A stretch of DNA of 64,000 bases from Bacteroidales bacterium (GTDB lineage Bacteria > Bacteroidota > Bacteroidia > Bacteroidales > UBA3663). This document shows positions 1 to 8,929 of this stretch, piece after piece. Position 1 is the stretch's first letter. Every line of letters begins with the position of its first letter. Made by a program: the position numbers and the translations under genes. Where the stretch lies: NCBI GenBank assembly GCA_045576355.1, contig JAZNGG010000047.1, positions 3,519 through 67,518 of the forward strand. The letters run 5' to 3'. Under the pieces are notes generated by a model, which saw only the letters and a list, made by a program, of their open reading frames with translations, ran no database searches and was not told the origin of the DNA.

Positions 1-384
1 AACCGCGTAGAGATTCTTACCTCTACCGATAGCATCAATTGGACTTCTCAGGGTGTTCTTTCTACATACTTTGACAAGGCGATCGATCGTCAGAGCCTCG
101 TTTGTGGTGGTACCGAACCTGTCTATGTCAAGATTGCTTCTGCCAACGTGGATAATACCAGCAAGCAGAAGACCATGCTCTTCGACGTAATCCTTGCCGG
201 TGCTACAGCAGAGCGTCCTTCTACAGGTATTGAGGGTATCACAGAGACTGCTAAGTCTGTAAAGTCTGTGATGATGTACAACCTCTCAGGTCAGCAGATC
301 CGTCAAGCTGAGCAGGGCATCGTATTGATTCGCACTATCTATACTGATGGTTCTGTCGCTACTAAGAAAGTCTTTGTGAAGTAA
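1..384 (+). CDS. 3' end of a secreted protein with a T9SS (Por) C-terminal sorting domain; the 5' part lies outside the window
   Basis: Frame 1 is open from base 1 to TAA at 382-384. The tail KSVMMYNLSGQQIRQAEQGIVLIRTIYTDGSVATKKVFVK has the strand pattern of Bacteroidota T9SS CTDs. The CDSs at 8930, 18097 and 19893 end the same way. Confidence 0.6.
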   Translation, partial: NRVEILTSTDSINWTSQGVLSTYFDKAIDRQSLVCGGTEPVYVKIASANVDNTSKQKTMLFDVILAGATAERPSTGIEGITETAKSVKSVMMYNLSGQQIRQAEQGIVLIRTIYTDGSVATKKVFVK

Positions 385-408
385 GTCTTTACTGAGATAT
401 TATAAAAG

Positions 409-452
409 AATAGACTGTGTCCGGTTAATCTTGGCACAGTCTATTTTTTTTA
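409..452 (+). terminator. Rho-independent terminator
   Basis: aatagactgtg (409-419) pairs with cacagtctatt (435-445), followed by a T-run to 452. Confidence 0.8.
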
Positions 453-546
453 TTTGTTATTTGGTGTCCGATAAACCGCAAATATGCAAGCTATGTAATT
501 TTATTCGGTTATCGGCTATTAAAATTCAAGTATTATATGACCAGTT

Positions 547-634
547 TGCATGACGCCGCCGTGTAACGTGCATGATGCCGCCGTATAACATCATACGACT
601 GCATGAATAAATGTGTAAGGCGCCGTCATCCTTA
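547..634 (-). repeat. 22-bp tandem repeat: about 2 good copies plus 2 decayed copies, reverse complement of the 23859-24100 unit
   Basis: tgcatgacgccgccgtgtaacg / tgcatgatgccgccgtataaca, then decayed units. The unit taacgtgcatgatgccgccgta matches the reverse complement of cacggcggcgtcatgcacgtta at 20/22 positions. Confidence 0.85.
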
Positions 635-693
635 CAGTCCCGCCAATATATTTTTCGGATAACATTGATGACTTCTCTGTCGTCTTTGGTTAC

Positions 694-1260
694 CTACATC
701 CTTTGACTTAGAGAGAAACATTGGGAAAGTGTCTGTCGTAAATGGCTGTCTGTCATTTGAGTTTTATAAATATTCTCTTTTGAGAAGTGTTGTAAAATGG
801 ATTGTTGTGTCAATTCTTGGCTTTTTATGTTTTGTTTACAAGAATCATCCATGATGATTAGATCGTTTTTATGGATAAAATGAGGGTGCATTGACATATT
901 TCTTACGATTGTGCCGAAATATGCCGGAGTTGTTGCTAAAAAGAAAATTTGGAAATGATCTGTATCGATACTTGTTTTTATAGAGGTTAAGGTTTGTAAT
1001 ACTTTTATGTCAGACTCTTTCAGAAAGTCTATAGGAAGAAACTCAATGTGTGATAGGTATCTTTCATTATTATTGTCTCTTGAGAGATTTTGTGATAAGA
1101 TACTTCGATATTGCGCAGTTGAGAGGGCGTAGCGAGCAGTGGCAATGATTTGAAAATGATCTGTAAGTAGATTGCTGTTATATATCTTTTGGATTGCAGG
1201 AATGATCCTGCGGCGGACTTGCAGAGAGGTGCCTCCAAAAATAATCATTGTTATGCTCAT
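694..1260 (-). pseudogene. Diverged, truncated glucose-6-phosphate dehydrogenase N-terminal (Rossmann) domain-like ORF; probable gene remnant
   Basis: The 188-aa ORF is colinear with landmarks of the G6PD N-terminus. IIFGGTSLQVRRRIIPAI corresponds to FGA(T/S)GDLAKRKL.PAL, HFQIIATAR to F.IIG.AR, and IFFLATTPAYFGTIV to FYLA.PP.LF..I. ENIYKTQMTDSHL corresponds to IYRIDHYLGKE, but there the catalytic-type residues are lost. The ORF stops about 300 aa short of a full G6PD and is visibly AT-rich. Confidence 0.45.
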
Positions 1261-1335
1261 AAACTTATTTTTGTGTCAATAAAACAAGATCTGAGTTTCT
1301 AACAATAATGTCCGCCGCAGGGTTCGATCAAGGTA

Positions 1336-2736
1336 TTATTCTTCTTCGGCAAACATAGGATCCCATGCAGGGAGAAGAATCGGTTTTTGTTCCATCATTT
1401 TTAGATATTTGGCCGGTACATATTTCTTGTGGAAGACCAGGCGGAACATGTATTCATCAAACCACTTGTCGGTCATGATGAGGTTGCCTTTATAACCGCT
1501 TGTTGCTCCCCAAGAGTTTTCTACCATCCATCGTTTGGGAGTTCCATCGTTGTCCAGATCGACAGCAATCAGAGTCATGGCATGGCTGCTCCCTGAGGCA
1601 TGTGTTAAAACTCGCTCTCGTTTATCCATTTTAAAATCTGTTCCGAGCAGAGAGGCATAATCGAAATTTTCCAAATCAAGCGTTCCGCGAGTTCTATCGT
1701 AAAATTTCCCTACATCACAAGAGAAATACATGGCTGTAGTATCTTTAATGGATGCGATGGCCATAGGTTTGATCTCCTCTATGGGGAGATTAAGGTAAAG
1801 CCAGTTATGCCCATCGTGAGTGTGACGATCGTAAGCGATCTGATATAGTTTGTAGTAGTCTCGCATAGGATCGTTCATAACCATGATGTAGTTTTCATTC
1901 AAATCTTCACCATCCCAATATTTCTGATAGAATGATAGAGGAGTATATGTCTCTGTAGATACAGCTTCATCTTTCTTGTTGCGTTGTGTCCATGTAAATT
2001 CTGTCGGTGGAACTCCATAAGCCAAAGTCAATATATGATATATAGTAGATAGCATTTTAACTTTCTCTTGTTCCAGTTCTTTTGTCCCTTTCCCTTGATC
2101 AGACATTTCTCTGAGGGTCAGACCAAACTCTCTCAGTTTGTCTTTCAATCGGGCGGAGAGAGCAGCAGTATTGTTGGCAGCAAACGTTTCCGGCATAACT
2201 TCACGAGGTACAACACCGTATTTCATGACAAGATCAGATACTCCGGTAAATGTCCCTCCATCAGATAAAGGATGCTCAAAAAGCCAATCCACTTGTCTGT
2301 CCTCCATGGGGAGTTTGCGAGTATCAATGATCCCTTGCAGAAAAAGATTGGATTTTTCCAATTGGTCATAAAAGAAGAGATAAACTTGAGAGAGCTCTAA
2401 TTTCGGTAATTCATGCTTGACTTGTGCTTTGGCACGCAGTACATTGAGACCGGTAAACAACCAGCAGCGACCGGAGGACTGCTGGTCTGTAATTCCGATG
2501 GTCGGAACTCTATGAGTGAAGTGACCGTCCACATCCTTTAGGGCATCGACATTAGCCGCAAGAACCTGGATGGATGTTCGTGCCATCGCATTGCGTATAG
2601 CACGGCTTTCCGGTGTGTCTTTTTCAGAAGTCTTTAATGTGTTAAGCACTTCCGGAGTGATGGCAGACTGTGCGATAAGCCCCTCTGAAGCTATCCCGGA
2701 GAGAATGCATGTTAATGTAAAAATGATTTTTTTCAT
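1336..2736 (-). CDS. pepC: Aminopeptidase C (C1B bleomycin-hydrolase-type cysteine peptidase) with an N-terminal signal peptide
   Basis: 466 aa. Active-site motifs are QQSSGRCWLF (Cys), HAMTLIAVD (His) and ENSWG (Asn). ATG at 2736. Confidence 0.9.
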   Translation of the reverse strand: MKKIIFTLTCILSGIASEGLIAQSAITPEVLNTLKTSEKDTPESRAIRNAMARTSIQVLAANVDALKDVDGHFTHRVPTIGITDQQSSGRCWLFTGLNVLRAKAQVKHELPKLELSQVYLFFYDQLEKSNLFLQGIIDTRKLPMEDRQVDWLFEHPLSDGGTFTGVSDLVMKYGVVPREVMPETFAANNTAALSARLKDKLREFGLTLREMSDQGKGTKELEQEKVKMLSTIYHILTLAYGVPPTEFTWTQRNKKDEAVSTETYTPLSFYQKYWDGEDLNENYIMVMNDPMRDYYKLYQIAYDRHTHDGHNWLYLNLPIEEIKPMAIASIKDTTAMYFSCDVGKFYDRTRGTLDLENFDYASLLGTDFKMDKRERVLTHASGSSHAMTLIAVDLDNDGTPKRWMVENSWGATSGYKGNLIMTDKWFDEYMFRLVFHKKYVPAKYLKMMEQKPILLPAWDPMFAEEE

Positions 2737-2959
2737 ATTAGATATTTTTTTTTGAGATGATAGTGCTGCTTGTCATTGTTGCTAAATTAGGAGGACTCTA
2801 TAAACAAATGTCGAATCTTTAGAGAAGAAAATATATAGAATCATCATAAAGAGGGTGTAAATGTAAAGAAAAAACTCGAAAGGGGCAAGATTGTCCCTTT
2901 AAAACGGGAAATAATAAAAAAATATCGAATAATGATGGGGGAATAATAATCAAAATTAT

Positions 2960-2967
2960 TATCTTTG
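2960..2967 (+). promoter_or_regulatory. Bacteroides-type -7 box (TAtcTTTG) for the phosphohexomutase gene
   Basis: tatctttg lies 59 bp upstream of ATG 3026. Confidence 0.55.
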
Positions 2968-3025
2968 CCCGGAAGTAAATAATTAATTATAACATATAAC
3001 CTTTAATACCAAAATCATCCGTCAT

Positions 3026-4771
3026 ATGGAAAACGATGCATTATTGAAAGAAGTGACCGCTAAAGCACAAACGTGGTTAGGAGCGGGTTTTGATGAAGAA
3101 ACACGGGCTCAGGTGCAGGCAATGCTTGATAATCCTGACAAAACAGATCTGATCGAAAGTTTCTATCGAGAGTTAGAATTTGGAACTGGAGGCTTGCGTG
3201 GCATCATGGGCGCCGGTACCAATCGTATGAATCGTTATGTAGTTGGTATGGCAACACAAGGTCTTGCCAATTATCTCCATAAGGCATTCCCCGGGAAGAA
3301 AGATTTGAGTGTTGTTGTTGGCCATGATTGTCGTAACAATAGCCGTGCATTTGCTGAGACAGTTGCTGCTATTTTCAGTGCCAATGATATTCAGGTTTAT
3401 CTTTTTGAGTCTCTCCGTCCGACTCCGGAAATCTCTTTTGCTATTCGTGAATTGGGATGCCAAAGTGGTGTGAATATTACTGCAAGTCACAACCCTAAAG
3501 AATATAACGGCTATAAGGCCTATTGGGATGATGGAGCACAAGTGCTAAGTCCACATGATACCGGTATTATCGAAGAAGTGAATAAGGTGACAGTGGAGCA
3601 AGTGAAGTTTACTCCTAATCCGGAGTTGATCCGAATTATCGGAGGAGAAATGGATGTCAACTATCTTAAAGCTGTCAAAGAGTGCTGTGTGGATCCGGCA
3701 GTCATTGAGAGACATAAGGATTTGAAGATTGTATATACTCCTATCCATGGCACAGGCCGAGTAATTATTCCGGCATCTCTTCGTCTTTGGGGATTCCAAA
3801 ACATTTGGGTTGTTCCGGAGCAGATGGAGGTTAATGGTGATTTCCCGACAGTCATTTCTCCAAATCCGGAAAATGCTGAGGCATTGACTCTTGCCCTCCA
3901 ATTGGGAACAAAGGTGGATGCCGATTTGGTCATTGCAAGTGATCCGGATGCCGATCGTTTAGGAATTGCTTGCCGTGATGATAAGGGAGAATGGGTCTTG
4001 ATCAATGGAAACCAGACTTGTATGATGTATTGCTACTACATCATTACCAATATGAAGAAATTGGGCAAGTTGAAAGGCAACGAATTCTTGGTGAAGACCA
4101 TTGTAACTTCAGAGTTGATCCGCAAGATCGCAGATAAAAATGGTGTTAAACTCTATGATGAATACACAGGATTTAAATGGATTGCTTATCGTATCCGTCA
4201 ATTAGAGGGTGTTGAGAAATATATTGGTGGCGGTGAGGAATCTTATGGCTTCCTTCCTTATGATAAAGTGCGCGATAAAGATTCTCCGGCATCTATTTCT
4301 CTTATTGCAGAGATCGCTGCCTATGCTAAAGATAACGGTATGACTCTTTTCCAACTTCTCCAGCAGATTTATTTGGACTATGGCTTCCAAAAGGAAAAGG
4401 CTGTCTCTGTAGTTAAACCCGGCAAGAGTGGCGCAGAGGAGATCAAGGCTATGATGGAGAACTTCCGCAATGATCCTCCTAAGGAGTTAGGCGGTTCGAA
4501 AGTTATAAAGATCAAGGACTTCAAGACTTTGGAGGAAACTTGTGTCGAATGTGGTAAGGTAACCAAGATTGATATGCCGGCTACATCCAATGTATTGCAG
4601 TATTTCACAGAGGATGGAACTAAAGTGAGTGTGCGTCCATCGGGTACTGAGCCTAAGATTAAATTCTATTGTGAAGTTCCTGCAGAGATGAAATCTCGTG
4701 AAGATTATGAGGCTGCCAATGCTGCCGCAGAGGAGAAATTGAAACTCGTATGTAAGGATCTCGGCATCTGA
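3026..4771 (+). CDS. Phosphoglucomutase/phosphomannomutase (alpha-D-phosphohexomutase family)
   Basis: 581 aa. Phosphoserine loop TASHNPKEYNGYK, Mg-binding DPDADR, sugar-binding GGEESYG. Confidence 0.9.
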   Translation: MENDALLKEVTAKAQTWLGAGFDEETRAQVQAMLDNPDKTDLIESFYRELEFGTGGLRGIMGAGTNRMNRYVVGMATQGLANYLHKAFPGKKDLSVVVGHDCRNNSRAFAETVAAIFSANDIQVYLFESLRPTPEISFAIRELGCQSGVNITASHNPKEYNGYKAYWDDGAQVLSPHDTGIIEEVNKVTVEQVKFTPNPELIRIIGGEMDVNYLKAVKECCVDPAVIERHKDLKIVYTPIHGTGRVIIPASLRLWGFQNIWVVPEQMEVNGDFPTVISPNPENAEALTLALQLGTKVDADLVIASDPDADRLGIACRDDKGEWVLINGNQTCMMYCYYIITNMKKLGKLKGNEFLVKTIVTSELIRKIADKNGVKLYDEYTGFKWIAYRIRQLEGVEKYIGGGEESYGFLPYDKVRDKDSPASISLIAEIAAYAKDNGMTLFQLLQQIYLDYGFQKEKAVSVVKPGKSGAEEIKAMMENFRNDPPKELGGSKVIKIKDFKTLEETCVECGKVTKIDMPATSNVLQYFTEDGTKVSVRPSGTEPKIKFYCEVPAEMKSREDYEAANAAAEEKLKLVCKDLGI

Positions 4772-4795
4772 TCTTGATGCCCGAATGTTATAAAA

Positions 4796-4838
4796 ATATG
4801 TCCGCGATGCAATTTGATTGTTTCGCGGACATATTTTC
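4796..4838. terminator. Hairpin terminator, possibly bidirectional, between convergent genes
   Basis: atatgtccgcga (4796-4807) pairs with tcgcggacatat (4823-4834). There is an A-run before it and a T-run after it. Confidence 0.75.
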
Positions 4839-4951
4839 TTTATTTAGGGTTGTGGTTTTATTTGCCTTTTATTTTGATTGCTGAGTTATTGGGGCGATAG
4901 ATGTTGTTATGCCAAATCTTTTATAAATCTCAATCGGGGACCGATAGCGGT

Positions 4952-6148
4952 TTAATATTTTTTAGCCAATCCCCCTTCTGCAGTCTCTTTGTATAGACTA
5001 GGGAGATCATGTCCTGTCTCTTTCATGACCTCAATGACTTTGTCAAAGCATATCCGGTGTGTACCGTCGCCATAGCAAGCATAACTGCAACAATCCAATG
5101 CTCGTGCAGCTGCATACGCATTACGTTCGATGCAAGGTATCTGTACCAAGCCACACACAGGGTCGCAGGTCAATCCTAAATGGTGTTCTAATCCCATCTC
5201 TGCTGCATATTCTATTTGGCTGACCGTTCCTCCATAGATTTGTGCTGCCGCCGCTGCCGCCATAGCGCATGCTACACCGACCTCTCCCTGACATCCTACC
5301 TCTGCACCACTGATAGAAGCATTGGTCTTTACCACTGTGCCGAATAGACCGGCAGTGGCCAGCGCTCTATGGATGCGATGGTCTGAGAAGTGATGTTGTT
5401 TCCAAAGATAGTATAACACACCCGGTAATATGCCACAACTGCCACAGGTCGGTGCAGTTACGATGATGCCTCCGGCAGCATTCTCTTCAGCTGTGGCTAG
5501 TGCATATGCGTAAATTAATCCTTTAGAACGCATGCTCCCTTGATAGCTATGAGCTTTAGTCAGGTATTCACAAGCTTTTCGGCGCAGTCCTAATCCCCCA
5601 TGAAGCACCCCTTCGGCATCTAATCCACGTTCGACTGCAGCAACCATTGTTTTCCAAATTTCGTCTAGAAAATCCCAAATCTCTTTTCCTTCAGCTTGCT
5701 CGACATATTCCCAAAAACTATATCCTGTCCGGTGGCACCACTCTTGTATTTGAGAGATGCTTTGCATGTCATACACATCTTGGTGCTGCATCGGTGTATC
5801 TTCTCCTTCAGAGAGCGCTCCCCCTCCGATGCTATATACTATCCAATCTTTTTGCACATTATCATTACAATCCAATGCTTCAAACTTCATCCCGTTGGGG
5901 TGGAAAGGAAGAAATGTTTCCGGATACCAGCAAATTTCTGTCGGAGCGATGGGTGAGAGGACATTGAGTATTGCGACATCTGTAAGGTGTCCTTTCCCGG
6001 TTGCCGCCAGACTGCCATAAAGAGAGACTCTATAGTGAGACGTATTGGGTGTTTTTTCTGCAAAATGTAGGGCAGCTTTGCGGGGACCCATCGTGTGACT
6101 GGAGGAGGGACCTTGTCCAATATTATATAATTCGCGAATTGATTCCAT
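4952..6148 (-). CDS. sdaA: L-serine ammonia-lyase (iron-sulfur-dependent L-serine dehydratase, single-chain)
   Basis: 398 aa. N-terminal GQGPSSSHTMGP motif, a Cys-rich Fe-S region (APTCGSCG ... CIERNA), and full-length colinearity with SdaA. Confidence 0.9.
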   Translation of the reverse strand: MESIRELYNIGQGPSSSHTMGPRKAALHFAEKTPNTSHYRVSLYGSLAATGKGHLTDVAILNVLSPIAPTEICWYPETFLPFHPNGMKFEALDCNDNVQKDWIVYSIGGGALSEGEDTPMQHQDVYDMQSISQIQEWCHRTGYSFWEYVEQAEGKEIWDFLDEIWKTMVAAVERGLDAEGVLHGGLGLRRKACEYLTKAHSYQGSMRSKGLIYAYALATAEENAAGGIIVTAPTCGSCGILPGVLYYLWKQHHFSDHRIHRALATAGLFGTVVKTNASISGAEVGCQGEVGVACAMAAAAAAQIYGGTVSQIEYAAEMGLEHHLGLTCDPVCGLVQIPCIERNAYAAARALDCCSYACYGDGTHRICFDKVIEVMKETGHDLPSLYKETAEGGLAKKY

Positions 6149-6517
6149 GCTTTTACTTAGGGTATTAATTGGTTAATTGTTTTCGGGGCGAAGATAATAT
6201 AAAAAACAACGTTGCGCAAATCTTGGATTGAAAACTTGTAGAAACGTTTGTTTTGAAGAATACTTATCTTTTTATTATCGGTGTCCTATAAATTTTTAAC
6301 TGTCCGGAGGAGGTACATGTCGGCTCTCGTCGTAACACGTGTCGAGTCATGCTAATAGATGGATCATTACAAACCGCGTAGCTGCTTACTGCTGAATAAT
6401 AAGACAAATATATTAAAAACTAAGGAACGATTTGGGGGTGAAAAGGGAAGGTATATTTGCCGAAAGTGATAAAAATGAGGAAATAAAGCGAGAAAACTGA
6501 AAAAAAGGAAGTGAAGA

Positions 6518-6549
6518 TTTGCGAGATAAATTTAAAATAAATATCTTTG
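6518..6549 (+). promoter_or_regulatory. Bacteroides-type promoter for rplU-rpmA (-33 TTTG, -7 TAtcTTTG)
   Basis: TTTG at 6518-6521 and tatctttg at 6542-6549, 20 bp apart. The leader to ATG 6635 is about 80 nt. Confidence 0.7.
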
Positions 6550-6634
6550 CGTGCTGATTCCGAATAGGCTCGGTCAAGTGTAGTCCAAATTGGAGTGCCG
6601 CCTGTCGGAGAAACTTTAAAAGTTTTTTATTTAA

Positions 6635-6952
6635 ATGTACGCAATCGTAGAGATGCAGGGCCAGCAGTTTACTGTAGAGGCCGGACAGAAAATTTGCGTC
6701 CTCCATTTGGCTGGCGCAGAAGAGGGAAAGAGCGTAACTTTTGACAACGTTCTTCTCGTAAACAAAGAGGGTGCCATCGTTGTAGGTACTCCTGCCGTAG
6801 AAGGTGCAAAAGTAGTGTGTGAAATCGTACAGCCCCTTGTTAAGGGCAAGAAGATCAAGGTCTTCCACAAGAAGCGTCGCAAAGGCTTCGATAAGTTGAC
6901 CGGTTCTCGTCAGCATTTCACAGAGGTGTTAGTTAAAGAGATTGTTGCATAA
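6635..6952 (+). CDS. rplU: 50S ribosomal protein L21
   Basis: 105 aa, starting [20 protein letters not shown]. Typical L21. Confidence 0.95.
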   Translation: MYAIVEMQGQQFTVEAGQKICVLHLAGAEEGKSVTFDNVLLVNKEGAIVVGTPAVEGAKVVCEIVQPLVKGKKIKVFHKKRRKGFDKLTGSRQHFTEVLVKEIVA

Positions 6953-6979
6953 CCTTAATTAAAGAAAGGAAATTACAGC

Positions 6980-7237
6980 ATGGCACATAAAAAAGGTGTC
7001 GGTAGTTCTAAGAACGGCCGTGAGTCACATAGCAAACGACTCGGTGTTAAGAAATTCGGTGGTGAAGTAGTTAAGGCTGGCAACATCCTTGTTCGTCAGC
7101 GCGGTACTAAGCACAATCCCGGCCTCAATGTAGGCATCGGTAAAGATGACACACTCTATGCTCTTATTGACGGAGTTGTAGTCTTTACTCGCAAACGTGA
7201 GAACAAATCTTACGTTTCCATTCAGCCGCTTTCGTAA
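6980..7237 (+). CDS. rpmA: 50S ribosomal protein L27
   Basis: 85 aa, starting [24 protein letters not shown]. Typical L27. Confidence 0.95.
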   Translation: MAHKKGVGSSKNGRESHSKRLGVKKFGGEVVKAGNILVRQRGTKHNPGLNVGIGKDDTLYALIDGVVVFTRKRENKSYVSIQPLS

Positions 7238-7257
7238 CCCTTAGGGTTGCGAATTAG

Positions 7258-7355
7258 ATTACGAATTACTATTATGATGGCGTGTGGCGCGCTTGCCGAT
7301 AAGTTCGGTAAGATTCTTGTGCTCCCATCTAATCGTGATTCGTAATTCTTTTTTT
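7258..7355 (+). terminator. Long structured terminator-like element after rpmA
   Basis: 7258-7269 (attacgaattac) pairs with 7335-7346 (gtgattcgtaat), followed by tcttttttt. The interior holds a nested 8-bp hairpin, cttgccga/ttcggtaag (7293-7313). Confidence 0.55.
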
Positions 7356-7460
7356 ATATCGGACGCTTTGTAAAAGTGTAAGTCTTAAGTCTGTCACTTC
7401 CTCTTTGGGTCCGGTTTAGGAGAAGAGACAAATTAGAATATACAATATAATATCTAAATC

Positions 7461-8741
7461 ATGCTAACATTAAAATTGATTACCGAACAGACCGATCGCG
7501 TTATTGCAGGTCTTAATAAAAAGCATTTTAAAGGAGCGCAAGAAGCTATTGATAAAGTGCTTGCTACGGATGCTAAGCGTCGTGCAGCTCAATTGGAATT
7601 GGATAAGAATTTAGCCGAGGTCAATAGTGTCTCAAAAAATATTGGGCTGTTAATGAGAGAGGGGAAAAAAGAGGAAGCAGAAGCAGCAAAAGTCCGTGTT
7701 TCCGAACTCAAGACAGTCAATAAAGAGTTACAAGAGCAGATGGATAAAGCTCAGGAAGAATTGACTCTGTTGCTTTGTTCGATCCCGAATATTCCTTATG
7801 ATGAGGTGCCTGAGGGTGTGGCGGCTGAGGATAATGAGGTCGTAAAAACTGGAAATGAGATTCCTGCGCTTCATGAGGGGGCAGAGGCTCATTGGGATAT
7901 TGCCAAACGCCTTAATCTTATCGATTTTGATTTAGGAGTAAAGATAACAGGAGCAGGTTTCCCTGTATATCGTGGTTTGGGTGCCCGACTCCAGCGCGCG
8001 TTAATCAATTTTTTCCTGGATGAAGCTCGTTCAGCCGGCTATGAAGAAATTATGCCTCCTACAGTTGTTAATCAAGCTTCAGGTTATGGCACAGGACAGT
8101 TGCCCGATAAGGAAGGGCAGATGTATCATTGCAATTTGGATGATCTGTATCTTATTCCTACAGCAGAAGTACCTGTGACCAACATCTATCGTGATGTAAT
8201 TATCGAAGAAAAAGATCTCCCCATTAAGAATACTGCCTATACTCAATGTTTCCGTCGTGAAGCAGGTAGTTATGGTAAAGATGTGCGTGGCTTGAACCGT
8301 TTGCATGAGTTTTCTAAAATTGAGATTGTTCGCATAGATACTCCGGAGCATTCTGCAGAGTCTCATAAGGAGATGTTGGCTCATGTTGAAAACTTGGTCA
8401 AGAAGTTGGGTCTTCCATATCGCATCTTGCGTTTGTGTGGTGGCGATATGAGCTTTACGGCAGCTGTCTGCTATGATTTTGAGATTTATTCTGCTGCACA
8501 AAATCGCTGGTTGGAGGTTTCTTCTGTTTCAAACTTTGATACCTATCAGGCTAATCGCTTGAAGTGCCGCTATCGTCGTGCGGACAACAAAAAGATCGAA
8601 CTTTGTCATACACTTAATGGTTCTGCTCTTGCTCTGCCGCGCATCGTGGCTGGTATCCTTGAAAATTATCAGCAGCCGGATGGTCGTGTAAAAGTGCCGG
8701 AAGTTTTGCTACCATACATGGGTTGCGAATATATTGGATAA
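7461..8741 (+). CDS. serS: Seryl-tRNA synthetase
   Basis: 426 aa with an N-terminal coiled-coil arm. Class II motifs FRREAG, TAEVP and GSALALPR. Confidence 0.95.
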   Translation: MLTLKLITEQTDRVIAGLNKKHFKGAQEAIDKVLATDAKRRAAQLELDKNLAEVNSVSKNIGLLMREGKKEEAEAAKVRVSELKTVNKELQEQMDKAQEELTLLLCSIPNIPYDEVPEGVAAEDNEVVKTGNEIPALHEGAEAHWDIAKRLNLIDFDLGVKITGAGFPVYRGLGARLQRALINFFLDEARSAGYEEIMPPTVVNQASGYGTGQLPDKEGQMYHCNLDDLYLIPTAEVPVTNIYRDVIIEEKDLPIKNTAYTQCFRREAGSYGKDVRGLNRLHEFSKIEIVRIDTPEHSAESHKEMLAHVENLVKKLGLPYRILRLCGGDMSFTAAVCYDFEIYSAAQNRWLEVSSVSNFDTYQANRLKCRYRRADNKKIELCHTLNGSALALPRIVAGILENYQQPDGRVKVPEVLLPYMGCEYIG

Positions 8742-8750
8742 ATGTTTATT

Positions 8751-8790
8751 GGGTGTGTCAAAATGTAAGTTTTGATGCACCCTATTTAGG
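8751..8790 (+). terminator. Putative serS terminator hairpin
   Basis: gggtgtgtcaaaa (8751-8763) pairs with ttttgatgcaccc (8770-8782), using two G-U pairs. The trailing U-tract is weak. Confidence 0.5.
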
Positions 8791-8929
8791 TCTGTATGGA
8801 TGTGACCAAGAGCATGATGTTAAGTATCCAGGGAGAGTGTTTGAGTTCGTCTTCCCAACTGAATATCGAGTGTAACGAAGCGTTGGCACATTATGCAATA
8901 TCTTATGTTCACTTATTTAAATCTGTATA

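Noticed and set aside
6413-6916. 167-aa minus-strand ORF (and the 83-aa ORF at 6631-6882).
   Set aside because: Both are antisense to the clearly recognisable rplU and its promoter/leader. Low-complexity hydrophobic translation.
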